From positions 1 through 49,490 of the forward strand of contig CAWVZP010000003.1 of NCBI GenBank assembly GCA_963934675.1: a stretch of DNA of 49,490 nucleotides, read 5' to 3'. The notes beneath the pieces were generated by a model. The model ran no database searches. It was given only the letters and a program-made list of their open reading frames with translations, and was not told where the DNA came from. The stretch comes from an uncultured Gammaproteobacteria bacterium. GTDB lineage: Bacteria; Pseudomonadota; Gammaproteobacteria; GCA-001735895. Positions 31,435-41,074 of this stretch are shown piece by piece. The stretch's first letter is position 1, and the number at the start of each line of letters is the position of its first letter. Position numbers and translations under genes: made by a program.

Positions 31435-33231
31435 ATGCGGATGAAAAACATACGTAATTTTTCAATCATTGCGCATATCGATCATGGTAAGTCGACGCTT
31501 GCCGATCGTTTCATTCAGATCTGTGGCGGCCTCAGTGAGCGAGAAATGGGAAGTCAGGTCCTCGATTCAATGGACTTGGAGCGAGAGCGTGGCATCACCA
31601 TCAAGGCGCAATGTGTGTCACTCAAATATGACGCTAAGGATGGTGAAACCTACACCCTGAATTTTATTGACACTCCTGGCCATGTTGATTTTTCTTATGA
31701 AGTATCTAGGTCACTAGCCGCCTGTGAGGGCGCACTGCTGATAGTTGATGCCTCGCAGGGTGTTGAGGCTCAAACGGTCGCAAACTGTTACACCGCGATT
31801 GATCTCAACCTGGAAGTGATTCCGGTACTCAATAAAGTTGATTTACCTGCTGCTGAACCCGATCGAGTAAAACAGGAAATTGAAGACGTTATTGGTCTAG
31901 ATGCTTCTGATGCCATTGAAATTAGCGCGAAAACAGGTATTGGCATTAATCTTTTGTTAGAACAGCTTATTGAGTTAATTCCACCTCCAGCAGGATCTGA
32001 GACGAATAAAACTCAGGCGCTCATTATCGACTCATGGTTTGATAGTTACGTTGGTGTTATTACCCTAGTACGGGTAGTCGAAGGCTGCATTAAGCCAAAA
32101 CAAAAAATTCAAATGATGTCGACTGGGCGAGAATTTTTCGTCGAAAAAGTCGGTATATTCACCCCTAAAAGAAAAAATACAGACAGCTTACAGGCGGGTG
32201 ATGTTGGCTTCATTATATCTGGCATCAAAGATATCGACTCGGCCAAGGTGGGTGATACGATAACGCTCAGTCAAAACCCTGCTGACAGCCCGCTGGCTGA
32301 TTTTAAAGAAGTTCAGCCACGAGTATTTGCCGGATTGTTTCCGATTAGCTCAGATGACTATGAAGATTGCCGCGAAGCCCTTAAAAAATTGAAACTGAAC
32401 GATGCTGCTTTGCACTTCGAACCCGAAACCTCGCAAGCGCTGGGTTTTGGTTTTCGTTGTGGCTTTCTGGGTATGTTACATATGGAAATCGTGCAGGAAC
32501 GGCTGGAGCGCGAATATGATCTTGATTTAATTACGACGGCACCCACAGTCAACTATCAAATTGTGACGACTGCGGGTGATACGATCGAAATACACAATCC
32601 CGCCGACTTGCCGCCCATTAATCAAATTGATCATATTAAAGAACCTATTATTCAGGCGAATATTTTATTACCAGAGGCTTATATTGGTGCTGTTATTACC
32701 CTGTGTATGGAAAAGCGAGGTGTTCAAAAAGACATCCGCTATATGGGAAGCCAAGTGGCGTTAACGTTCGAGATCCCGTTAAGTGAGGTTGTGCTCGACT
32801 TCTTTGACCGATTAAAGTCAGTTAGTAGAGGTTACGCTTCATTTGACTACGAATTATTGCGATTCGATGAAGCGAATTTAGTTAGATTGGATGTATTAAT
32901 CAATACTGAAAAAGTTGACGCACTGTCTTTAATTGTTCATCGCAGTAACGCAGATTATAGAGGCCGAGATCTGGCCGCGAAAATGAAAGAATTAATCCCG
33001 AGACAAATGTTTGACGTCGCAATTCAGTCGGCCATTGGATCAAATATCATAGCTCGAGCTAATGTTAAAGCTCTACGCAAAAACGTGACGGCTAAATGTT
33101 ATGGTGGCGATGTTTCGCGTAAACGAAAGCTATTAGAAAAGCAAAAAGCAGGCAAAAAACGCATGAAGCAAGTCGGTAATGTAGAGATTCCACAAGATGC
33201 ATTCCTGGCCGTGTTAAAAGTTGATAGCTAG
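31435..33231 (+). CDS. lepA: Elongation factor 4 (LepA)
   Basis: [43 protein letters not shown]; start 31435 or 31441. Confidence 0.99.
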   Translation: MRMKNIRNFSIIAHIDHGKSTLADRFIQICGGLSEREMGSQVLDSMDLERERGITIKAQCVSLKYDAKDGETYTLNFIDTPGHVDFSYEVSRSLAACEGALLIVDASQGVEAQTVANCYTAIDLNLEVIPVLNKVDLPAAEPDRVKQEIEDVIGLDASDAIEISAKTGIGINLLLEQLIELIPPPAGSETNKTQALIIDSWFDSYVGVITLVRVVEGCIKPKQKIQMMSTGREFFVEKVGIFTPKRKNTDSLQAGDVGFIISGIKDIDSAKVGDTITLSQNPADSPLADFKEVQPRVFAGLFPISSDDYEDCREALKKLKLNDAALHFEPETSQALGFGFRCGFLGMLHMEIVQERLEREYDLDLITTAPTVNYQIVTTAGDTIEIHNPADLPPINQIDHIKEPIIQANILLPEAYIGAVITLCMEKRGVQKDIRYMGSQVALTFEIPLSEVVLDFFDRLKSVSRGYASFDYELLRFDEANLVRLDVLINTEKVDALSLIVHRSNADYRGRDLAAKMKELIPRQMFDVAIQSAIGSNIIARANVKALRKNVTAKCYGGDVSRKRKLLEKQKAGKKRMKQVGNVEIPQDAFLAVLKVDS

Positions 33232-33294
33232 TAGACCCGCCTAAAAGAACATGCCTAATAGAACACACCTAAAAGAGAAGGAGAGTAGATATTA

Positions 33295-34125
33295 ATGTTT
33301 CATTATGATTTTGAGTTTTTTCTGTTACTAGCTTCAGTAGTCACAGGAATTGTTTGGCTTATCGATAGTTTGTTGTTCTCTTCAAAAAGAACCAAAGATT
33401 CGAATGGAAGGGCCTTTTCTGAGCCGCTCTTACTTGAGTATTCAAAATCATTTTTTCCGGTCTTGCTGGTTGTTTTAATTTTGCGAGGTTTCCTTTTCGA
33501 ACCTTTTCGCATTCCATCTGGCTCAATGATGCCGACGCTGCTAGTCGGTGATTTTATTTTAGTTAATAAATTCAGTTATGGATTAAGGGTACCGGTTATC
33601 CAGACTAGACTGACCGATGGCAATAAACCCAAGCGAGGTGACGTTGCTGTATTTCGTTTCCCACGGGATGAATCGTTGGATTACATTAAACGGGTTATTG
33701 GTCTTCCGGGTGATCATATAGGCTATTACAACCGCCGTTTAAAGATAAATGGGGAGCCATTAGAAACGACACTTGACCGTCAGTATCAAGGTCTTGGTGA
33801 ACTCAATAACATGATTGGAGGCAATGGCTGTGATAAAGTAGGCGCTGACTGTAAGGTTCTTATCGAAAAACAGAATAAGGTTGAGTATACGGTAATGAAT
33901 AATTTACAGGTCAACCACAGTTCAGATGGAGAACTATTGGTGCCAGCAGGACATTATTTTGTCATGGGTGATAATCGAGATCACAGCAGTGACAGTCGTG
34001 TTTGGGGATTTGTTCCCGAAGAAAATTTGGTGGGTAAGGCTGTTATGATCTGGATGCATTGGGATTGGCGCAGCAATGGTAACGGGTTAGACATTTCTAG
34101 AATTGGAACGAGAATCTCCCAGTAG
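33295..34125 (+). CDS. lepB: Signal peptidase I
   Basis: IPSGSMMPTL (Ser), DYIKRVIG (Lys), GDNRDHSSDSR. Confidence 0.97.
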   Translation: MFHYDFEFFLLLASVVTGIVWLIDSLLFSSKRTKDSNGRAFSEPLLLEYSKSFFPVLLVVLILRGFLFEPFRIPSGSMMPTLLVGDFILVNKFSYGLRVPVIQTRLTDGNKPKRGDVAVFRFPRDESLDYIKRVIGLPGDHIGYYNRRLKINGEPLETTLDRQYQGLGELNNMIGGNGCDKVGADCKVLIEKQNKVEYTVMNNLQVNHSSDGELLVPAGHYFVMGDNRDHSSDSRVWGFVPEENLVGKAVMIWMHWDWRSNGNGLDISRIGTRISQ

Positions 34126-34183
34126 TTGTGCGAGATTGTCTTTTTAAGATTGTTTTTCAGACAGTATTATCATGGGAAGGCGA

Positions 34184-34567
34184 ATGAAAAATTTAATTAG
34201 TTCAAAAAACAAACAAAAAGGTTTATCAAGCTTTGGTTGGATAGTCATAGTTGGATTGTTTGCACTATTGATTATCTCTGTCTTAAAAGTTTTTCCAATG
34301 TATTATGAAAATTACAAAGTAAAGGCTGTGTTGGAATCATTGCGGCTAGATAGTGACTTGGATCCGAAGTCAAAGCGCGCGATTTGGGAATCACTCAGCA
34401 AACGACTTTACATACAGGAAGCCCAAACAGTGCAGCGAGAGCATGTGAGTATGTCTCGAAAAGATGATAAAACAACCGTTACTATTGCTTATGAAACAAG
34501 AGATTCATACTTTGGTAACTTATTTATTGGTGCAAAATTTAGTGAATCGGTAGTAATTGAACGGTGA
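34184..34567 (+). CDS. DUF4845 family protein
   Basis: QKG pilin-like N-terminus plus TM helix, YETR..FGNL; usual position between lepB and rnc. Confidence 0.85.
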   Translation: MKNLISSKNKQKGLSSFGWIVIVGLFALLIISVLKVFPMYYENYKVKAVLESLRLDSDLDPKSKRAIWESLSKRLYIQEAQTVQREHVSMSRKDDKTTVTIAYETRDSYFGNLFIGAKFSESVVIER

Positions 34568-35235
34568 GCTTGAATCGACTTCAGTCGACATTAGACTATC
34601 GATTTAAACAGGAAGAATTGCTTAAACAAGCTCTCACCCATCGTAGTTTTTGTCGTGCTGCTAACAATGAGCGGCTTGAGTTTCTAGGTGATAGCGTACT
34701 GAGTTTGGTTATATCTCATCGTATTTATGAGCAACAGCCAAATGCTAGCGAAGGTGATCTGAGTCGCATTCGTGCATCGCTGGTGAATGAAGCCGCACTT
34801 GCTCGGGTAGCGCGTGACATCAATCTAGGCGATTATATATTTCTGGGTGGTGGTGAGCTCAAAAGTGGCGGTTTTCGTCGAGCATCAATATTGTCTGATA
34901 CGATGGAAGCGGTTTTGGGCGCCATTTATCTGGATAGTGACTTTACACAGGTTCAAATAAATATTTTGCACTTATATCGCGAATATTTACAAAATTTACC
35001 AAATCAAGATAGTTTAAAAGACCCAAAGACACGGCTTCAGGAATACTTACAAAGTGAAAAAATTGATATCCCTGAGTATGTTGTAGTGAAAACTATTGGC
35101 AAATCTCATAATCAAACATTTACCTTAATTTGTCGTATTGATTCGTTGAATATTGAAACCAGTGGCATTGGATCTAGTCGTAAAAAAGCTGAGCAAGATG
35201 CCGCAGCAAAAGCCCTCAAAGTATTAAATAAATGA
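34564..35235 (+). CDS. rnc: Ribonuclease III
   Basis: ALTHRS, NERLEFLGDS, DPKTRLQE dsRBD. Confidence 0.98.
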   Translation: MSLNRLQSTLDYRFKQEELLKQALTHRSFCRAANNERLEFLGDSVLSLVISHRIYEQQPNASEGDLSRIRASLVNEAALARVARDINLGDYIFLGGGELKSGGFRRASILSDTMEAVLGAIYLDSDFTQVQINILHLYREYLQNLPNQDSLKDPKTRLQEYLQSEKIDIPEYVVVKTIGKSHNQTFTLICRIDSLNIETSGIGSSRKKAEQDAAAKALKVLNK

Positions 35236-36134
35236 AGCAATCTTTTAAGACAGGTTACGTTGCATTAATTGGAAAGCCTAACACTGGCAAGTCCACCTTG
35301 ATGAATGCCTTGATCGGCGAAAATTTGAGTATTACTGCACCGCGTCCTCAAACGACTCGGCATCAGATTCTTGGCATCAAGACAACTGAAAATTATCAAA
35401 GTATCTTTATCGATACACCTGGCATGCATGATGATAATCATAAGGCTATTCATCGTTACATGAACAGAGCCGCGACCAGTATGTTGCCCGATGCCGATCT
35501 TATTTGCGTATTGCTGGATATCAAACGTTTCAATGGTGATGACGAGAAAGTTCTCCAACGTGTGAGTCAATATAAGAACGTTATTATAATTCTTAATAAA
35601 ATCGATTTACTGAGTAAGCAGGCTTGTTTGCCGGTCATGCAGAAGATAGCGGCGCTGATGCCAGATTGTGAAATTATCCCAATCTCAGCATTACAGAATG
35701 AGAATCTAGATAGGCTTGAGGAGCTAATGATTAGTTACTTGCCACAAGGTGTTCCTCAATTTCCGGCCGATCAGTTAACCGATAAATCAATGCGTTTTAT
35801 TGCTTCTGAAATCATTCGTGAAAAGTTATTTCGGTTATTAACTCAAGAGTTACCTTATTCGATTACGGTGAGTATTGATCACTATAAAGTTGAGCCTGAT
35901 ATTACTCGAATATCATCGACTATATGGGTTGAACGTAAGTCACAAAAACCGATTGTAATCGGAAAAAATGGTAGCTTACTCAAGAAAATTGGGATTCAGG
36001 CACGTACCGATATTCAGCACCTTTTAGATGCCAAAGTTTATCTGCAACTGTGGGTGAAAATCCGTGAAGATTGGGCTGATGACGAGCGTTCATTAGCTGC
36101 ATTTGGTTACACTGATGCTAACGAGAGTTTCTGA
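35232..36134 (+). CDS. era: GTPase Era
   Basis: GKPNTGKS, QTTR, DTPG, NKID, ELPYS, VIGKNG KH domain. Confidence 0.98.
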   Translation: MKQSFKTGYVALIGKPNTGKSTLMNALIGENLSITAPRPQTTRHQILGIKTTENYQSIFIDTPGMHDDNHKAIHRYMNRAATSMLPDADLICVLLDIKRFNGDDEKVLQRVSQYKNVIIILNKIDLLSKQACLPVMQKIAALMPDCEIIPISALQNENLDRLEELMISYLPQGVPQFPADQLTDKSMRFIASEIIREKLFRLLTQELPYSITVSIDHYKVEPDITRISSTIWVERKSQKPIVIGKNGSLLKKIGIQARTDIQHLLDAKVYLQLWVKIREDWADDERSLAAFGYTDANESF

Positions 36135-36807
36135 TCAACCGGCCTACTTGTTACATAGACGTGACTGGCAAAATACTAGTTTAATACTCGACCTACTGAC
36201 CTGCGATTTTGGTCGAGTGAGTGTGTTGGCCAAAGGTGGAAAAAATAGTCGCTCTAAAGCATTTTATCAACCATTCATTCGTTTATCGGTTAGCTGGACT
36301 GGGCGCCATGAGCTGAAAACCCTGATTGATATTGATGGTGTTAGTCTGCCGGTTACAGAGCAACAGTATTTGCCCTTGCTCTATATCAACGAGTTGATTA
36401 GTGTTTTCGTTCCAGTTCACGACCCTAATCTGGAACTGTTTCAATTGTATGAAAGGTTATTACAGAACATTGATCAAAAGGAAGCTGATTTAAGAGAATT
36501 TGAAAAAGAGTTGATGAATTTTCTCGGTTATTTACCTGATACCATGGTTGAGGCTAGAACGAGAATGCCAATTGACGCCCGTCAACACTATCAGTTTTTG
36601 GCAAGTGACGGTTTTGTTATGTGCAACGAAGCAAATAAAAATACCATCAATGGTGCCTCTATTATTGCTTGGAATGAAAAAAATTATGAAAGTCCTGCCG
36701 TCATGCAAATGGCCAAAGCTGTGATGCGTTGTATTATTGATTTCAATTTACATGGAAAAGAATTGAAATCTCGAATTGTTTATCGAAAAATTCAAAATTA
36801 TTTTTAA
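36115..36807 (+). CDS. recO: DNA repair protein RecO
   Basis: AYLLHRR.W..TSLI, GRVSVLAKG, YQPF, LYINEL, LKSR; follows era. Confidence 0.93.
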   Translation: MLTRVSDQPAYLLHRRDWQNTSLILDLLTCDFGRVSVLAKGGKNSRSKAFYQPFIRLSVSWTGRHELKTLIDIDGVSLPVTEQQYLPLLYINELISVFVPVHDPNLELFQLYERLLQNIDQKEADLREFEKELMNFLGYLPDTMVEARTRMPIDARQHYQFLASDGFVMCNEANKNTINGASIIAWNEKNYESPAVMQMAKAVMRCIIDFNLHGKELKSRIVYRKIQNYF

Positions 36808-36859
36808 AGTGTATCCCCACACTAGGTAAATAAGTTTAATTATTTCGAGTCAATCGTCA

Positions 36860-37016
36860 GGGCTGTTCTAGAGATATTTTTCGGGATTGTCTCTCGGCCT
36901 CGAAGCACTTACTGTTGGTTCATCATTACACGGGTGTAACTTATTAGAGCAATGCAGGAGCAATTGCTGAGCGATAAAACAGTCACGAGGAAATACGGCT
37001 ACTTTTAGTGGCGCAC
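36860..37016. mobile_element. Short MITE-like repeat, copy C (between recO and barA)
   Basis: 36931-37020 aligns with the reverse complement of about 40674-40769 (gggtgtaa..attaga.c..tgcaggag.c.attgc.gagcg..aaaacag.cacga..aaat..cta.ttttag); ends GGGCTGTTCTAGAG and CTTTTAGTGGCGCAC-TTAA. Confidence 0.7.
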
Positions 37017-37034
37017 TTAAAGGCTCTTCTATCA

Positions 37035-39776
37035 TTAACTTCTATTATCCATCTCTTTTAGTAACTGCTGGGTTTCGTTTCGAATGTTGTCTAATTCTTC
37101 ATTGACTTCCAATACGATAGCTTGCTGCTGGCTATTTGAACAGGTCGCTATTGACTTTTGCCACGATATAATTTGTTGTTTTAACCGGGGTAGGCTTGTA
37201 TAGCAGGTAGTGCCATGAAGTTTGTGAAGTATTGCAGATAGCCTTTCCCTATCATTTTTTAATGCAGCAGATTTTAACTGTAGTTGTAAGATAGGTACGT
37301 CGCTAATTAAAATATTAAGAATCTTACGCAGGGTGATTTTGTTGTTTTGAGACAGCTTTAACGACTGTTCGAAATCAATTGAAAGCTTTGAGTCATGACT
37401 ATTTTTGGGGAATTCTTGTTCTTGATTTTGTTCTGTTAGGCTATTACTGATGTGACCTGAGCCATCCAAGATACTGCGAAATTTTTCTTCATCAACGGGT
37501 TTGCTAAGATAATAATTGAAACCTAGTTTCAATAATCTTTGTGGCTCGTCATTAAGAATGTTCGCAGTCATCGCGACAATTGGTGTTTGGTCTAGCGGTT
37601 TTGCACTACGCATCATTTTAAGTAATTGTATACCATCAATCTCAGGCATTTGTATATCGAGAACAATGAGGTCGAAGGAGTCTCTTTGGTAAAGGGCCAT
37701 TGCCTCGAGCGCCTTCTCCGCTTCAGAAACCTGGTGACCCCATAGGCCGATTAGCTCGCTGGCCAATTTAAGGTTTATTTGATTATCATCAACCAGCAAA
37801 ACCTTTTTTGAGGTGACGGGTAAGGAGAATATTTGTGAAGCAGTGGCAATTGTAGTACTTTCATTTTTAGGCCTATTAAGTGCCTTTTTTAAATTATCAC
37901 TGTTGATTGTAGTAGAAATAAAATCTAATTCTAAATTCAATTGCGGTCTAATCATCGTTTGGTCGTAATGCATGACGAGCATATGAGTCTGTTCCATAGA
38001 AATATTGGCCAAGATTTCATTCAAATTTAGGTTGAAATGACGCAAATCAATCGCTAAATAATCAATGTGTTTCAAGTTTTTTCGAATATTTGAATTGATT
38101 GATTCGGCACTATCAGACATAGATATTAACATTGACTCGGTGGCAATCTTTGCTCCGTCAAACAGCGACGTGATTTCTTGTAAACAATTGACCCTACTAG
38201 ATAAAATAAGCGCCAATTTATTATTGCTATGATCTAAGAGATCAGTTTCAACAGGAGATGATGTCAATAAAAACGGTAGGCGTACTGAAAATTTGGTACC
38301 AATCCCTAGTTTGCTTTGCATTGATATCTCACCAGCCATTAATCTAATTAGATTTTTACTGATGACGAGCCCTAATCCTGTACCTGTAAAACGTCGGTTT
38401 GTCGACGTGTCAACTTGGCTAAATGCTTGAAATAGATTTTCCTGATCCTTTTTAGATATGCCTATACCGGTATCTTCAACGGTGATTAAAATAGTGACGT
38501 CGGACTCTGTCTGTTGTTCTACCGTCACTCTGACCATTACCTCGCCTTCATCAGTGAACTTGATTGCGTTGCCTATCAGGTTTAGTAGTACTTGTTTAAG
38601 TCTGAGCTTGTCACCCCAAACAAAACGAGGGGTATCGCTATAAATGATCAAAATAAGGTCAATGTTTTTTGACAATACATTTATAAAAAGAAGATCTCTG
38701 GCTTGTTGAATAGTTTCGTAGAGGTCGAAATTGTCATCGACTATCTGAAGTTTTCCCGATTCCATTTTAGAAAAATCTAGAATTTCACTGATGATATCAG
38801 TTAAGTCATTGGTCGATTTAAGGATGATATCTGCGTATCGCTGTTGGGTTGGGTTTAAGTCAGATTGGGACATCAAGTTAATGAAGCCTTTTATGCCATT
38901 GATAGGTGTTCTTATTTCATGACTCATATTAGTCAAAAAAATAGATTTTATTTTGTTGGCATTTTGAGCTTCATCTTTGGCGAATTTGAGTTCGCTATTT
39001 TTACCCTTAAAATCATCAATTACGTCGCTTAATTGTTTCGTGGCGAACAGAACCTTATCATTCAAATCGTTTCTATTGTTTAGTAACGCCTCAGTCATTT
39101 GATTAAATCCTTTCTGCAATTTACCAATTTCATTGCTTTCTAATGACTCAATAGGTTCACCAAGCTGACCATTCTCAACTTTTTTAATATGTTCTAGTAA
39201 TTTGAATATAGGACGAGTAATTCCCCCGCTTATAATCGCACTAAGTATGAGGGCAATAAATAGAATTGAGATGAAAAAAAATATTGAACGATAGAGTATT
39301 TTTTCTTTTTCTTTTTCAAGTTGTTTACGAGAGATATTGAGGTGTACCCAACCAATTATTCGATTTTTTTCGTCGTAGTTGTGATCAGGCTTGAACACAT
39401 CAGGGTCGTGAATACTTTGTGTGATAATGGGTAAACGATAGTAAAAATAATTGGCAGTTTTTTGGGGGTCGTATTCGATCGAAATCGATAATGCAATCGC
39501 CTCACTATTTTCGTCATATACCGATGCGAATATAACCGCATTTGTATTTATAGTTTTGTTAAGTAAGCGTTGAATTTGACCATAATTACCTGAAAGCATA
39601 TTAAATTCAGATGCACCAGCGAGTTGTTTGGCAATAATTTGGCCTTTGCTTTGAAGAAGGTTGTATGCCTGGTCGACATTATTAGTGAAGTGGGTGTAGG
39701 TAAAGAAAACGTCAACTAACAATGCTGGAATCAGTGCGATGAGAAATATTTGATACTTGATACCCAGTTTTTTCAT
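37035..39776 (-). CDS. barA: Hybrid sensor histidine kinase, BarA/GacS type
   Basis: Two TM helices with periplasmic domain, HAMP, FLTNMSHEIRTPING H-box, N/G boxes, degenerate plus intact receiver (LDIQMP), HPt LHKLHG; near cysM/rlmD as gacS is in other gammaproteobacteria. Confidence 0.85.
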   Translation of the reverse strand: MKKLGIKYQIFLIALIPALLVDVFFTYTHFTNNVDQAYNLLQSKGQIIAKQLAGASEFNMLSGNYGQIQRLLNKTINTNAVIFASVYDENSEAIALSISIEYDPQKTANYFYYRLPIITQSIHDPDVFKPDHNYDEKNRIIGWVHLNISRKQLEKEKEKILYRSIFFFISILFIALILSAIISGGITRPIFKLLEHIKKVENGQLGEPIESLESNEIGKLQKGFNQMTEALLNNRNDLNDKVLFATKQLSDVIDDFKGKNSELKFAKDEAQNANKIKSIFLTNMSHEIRTPINGIKGFINLMSQSDLNPTQQRYADIILKSTNDLTDIISEILDFSKMESGKLQIVDDNFDLYETIQQARDLLFINVLSKNIDLILIIYSDTPRFVWGDKLRLKQVLLNLIGNAIKFTDEGEVMVRVTVEQQTESDVTILITVEDTGIGISKKDQENLFQAFSQVDTSTNRRFTGTGLGLVISKNLIRLMAGEISMQSKLGIGTKFSVRLPFLLTSSPVETDLLDHSNNKLALILSSRVNCLQEITSLFDGAKIATESMLISMSDSAESINSNIRKNLKHIDYLAIDLRHFNLNLNEILANISMEQTHMLVMHYDQTMIRPQLNLELDFISTTINSDNLKKALNRPKNESTTIATASQIFSLPVTSKKVLLVDDNQINLKLASELIGLWGHQVSEAEKALEAMALYQRDSFDLIVLDIQMPEIDGIQLLKMMRSAKPLDQTPIVAMTANILNDEPQRLLKLGFNYYLSKPVDEEKFRSILDGSGHISNSLTEQNQEQEFPKNSHDSKLSIDFEQSLKLSQNNKITLRKILNILISDVPILQLQLKSAALKNDRERLSAILHKLHGTTCYTSLPRLKQQIISWQKSIATCSNSQQQAIVLEVNEELDNIRNETQQLLKEMDNRS

Positions 39777-41068
39777 TGTGACAACTCGTTTAATCTGTCG
39801 GTTATTTTTTCTTCATTGGGTAGATTGATGCCGAGCGCACGAGCCACTCTGCTATTTACCTTGATTGAAAAATATTGTGCAAATTGGATGATTGGCTTGG
39901 TTTGCTGGCGCTTAACGATTAAATGTTTGATAACAGATGCTAGTTGCAAACCTATGTCTGAAGGTGATGAAAATATTGAGGCCAGTGCCCCGGCTTTAAC
40001 ATGTGAAGGTGAATAACTGACGATGGGTTTTCTACTGCGATATGATGTTAGCAAAATACCTTTGAGCGTATTACTATTATAGATATTGTCGTCGGGCAGT
40101 AATAAAAAAGCATTATTATTTTTCAACAGTTGCCTGACTGTTGTTAATAAATTGGTCTGTTTCTGAAATTCATATTGTTCAAGTTTGAAGTGAAATTTTT
40201 CGAGTATATCTTGCTGTTTATTGTTTAGCATTAATTTGTCTGAGCTAACGATACCGACCGAACTAGGCTGCAACATCAGAGCAGTGAAAGCTAGATATCG
40301 TGATAATGGTTGGTCGAGTAAAACTAGGCTGTGATGTTTAAGTTTGGCCTGATGTCGTTGCTTTTGATTTAATGTGAGATAAGCGCTGACTATATTTTTA
40401 GTGTCATATCTTCTAGCTATTTCAAGAGCAGCATCAATGCCAAGAGTAATAATGATGTCGCTGGCCTGTATTTTCTGGTGTTGGGTGTTAACGGTATCAG
40501 CGTTAATGACCGTTACTTGGAAAGCGTCACCTAATTCACGACTTAGACTTTGATTAGTTTGTTTAAAGTAAGAATTATCATTGCTCTGGATAACGCTAAT
40601 TTGTACATTGGCTGCCGTGAGTGGCAGTAGTAGGCTCGGGACTACTAATAGCAATCCTAGTAAAAGTGGTTTATTAACGGGTGACTCTAAAAATAGTGAT
40701 TTTTTCGTGGTCTGTTTTTTTGCCGCTCGGCAATAGCTCCTCCTGCAACGTTCTAATTTCTTACACCCCCGTAAAAAGGCACTAATAGAAAGCGCGATGT
40801 GGCGAAACAGGCTGGCATACATGTCACTCATGGCAATAAGTTTAAGGACACCGAGTAAACATCGAGTGGAGAATCTCAATGTACGTGAAGTACATGAGGA
40901 TCGACCGAGCTGGCGCACCAGCACAGAGCTAATGTATATGGATGCTTGGTATATTGATTTTGCATGAACACAAAAATCAGTGAAGCTTGGATTACGGAAA
41001 AATTGCATTTTTAGATATGCCTTTATGTAAAAAGCCAGCCTCCTTGCTGAATTTTTCCTTATTCCCAT
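39773..41068 (-). CDS. Periplasmic ABC-type substrate-binding-like protein (orphan); codons about 16-130 derive from an in-frame repeat insertion
   Basis: Hydrophobic signal h-region PLLLGLLLVVPSLLLPLTAA; LLLPDDNIYN, YSPSHVKAGALASI and VNSRVARALGI resemble ABC_sub_bind-type proteins; ATGA overlap with the kinase. Confidence 0.75.
   Translation of the reverse strand: MGIRKNSARRLAFYIKAYLKMQFFRNPSFTDFCVHAKSIYQASIYISSVLVRQLGRSSCTSRTLRFSTRCLLGVLKLIAMSDMYASLFRHIALSISAFLRGCKKLERCRRSYCRAAKKQTTKKSLFLESPVNKPLLLGLLLVVPSLLLPLTAANVQISVIQSNDNSYFKQTNQSLSRELGDAFQVTVINADTVNTQHQKIQASDIIITLGIDAALEIARRYDTKNIVSAYLTLNQKQRHQAKLKHHSLVLLDQPLSRYLAFTALMLQPSSVGIVSSDKLMLNNKQQDILEKFHFKLEQYEFQKQTNLLTTVRQLLKNNNAFLLLPDDNIYNSNTLKGILLTSYRSRKPIVSYSPSHVKAGALASIFSSPSDIGLQLASVIKHLIVKRQQTKPIIQFAQYFSIKVNSRVARALGINLPNEEKITDRLNELSQ
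40679..41021. mobile_element. MITE-like repeat, copy D (inside the 5' end of the binding-protein ORF)
   Basis: Imperfect TIRs GGGTGACTCTAAAAAT..ATTTTTTC and GAAAAATT..ATTTTTAGATATGCC; internal GGCAATAGCTCCTCCTGCAACGTTCTA and ATGTAC-gtgaa-GTACAT; homologous to copies A-C. Confidence 0.75.
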
Positions 41069-41074
41069 TTTCGA

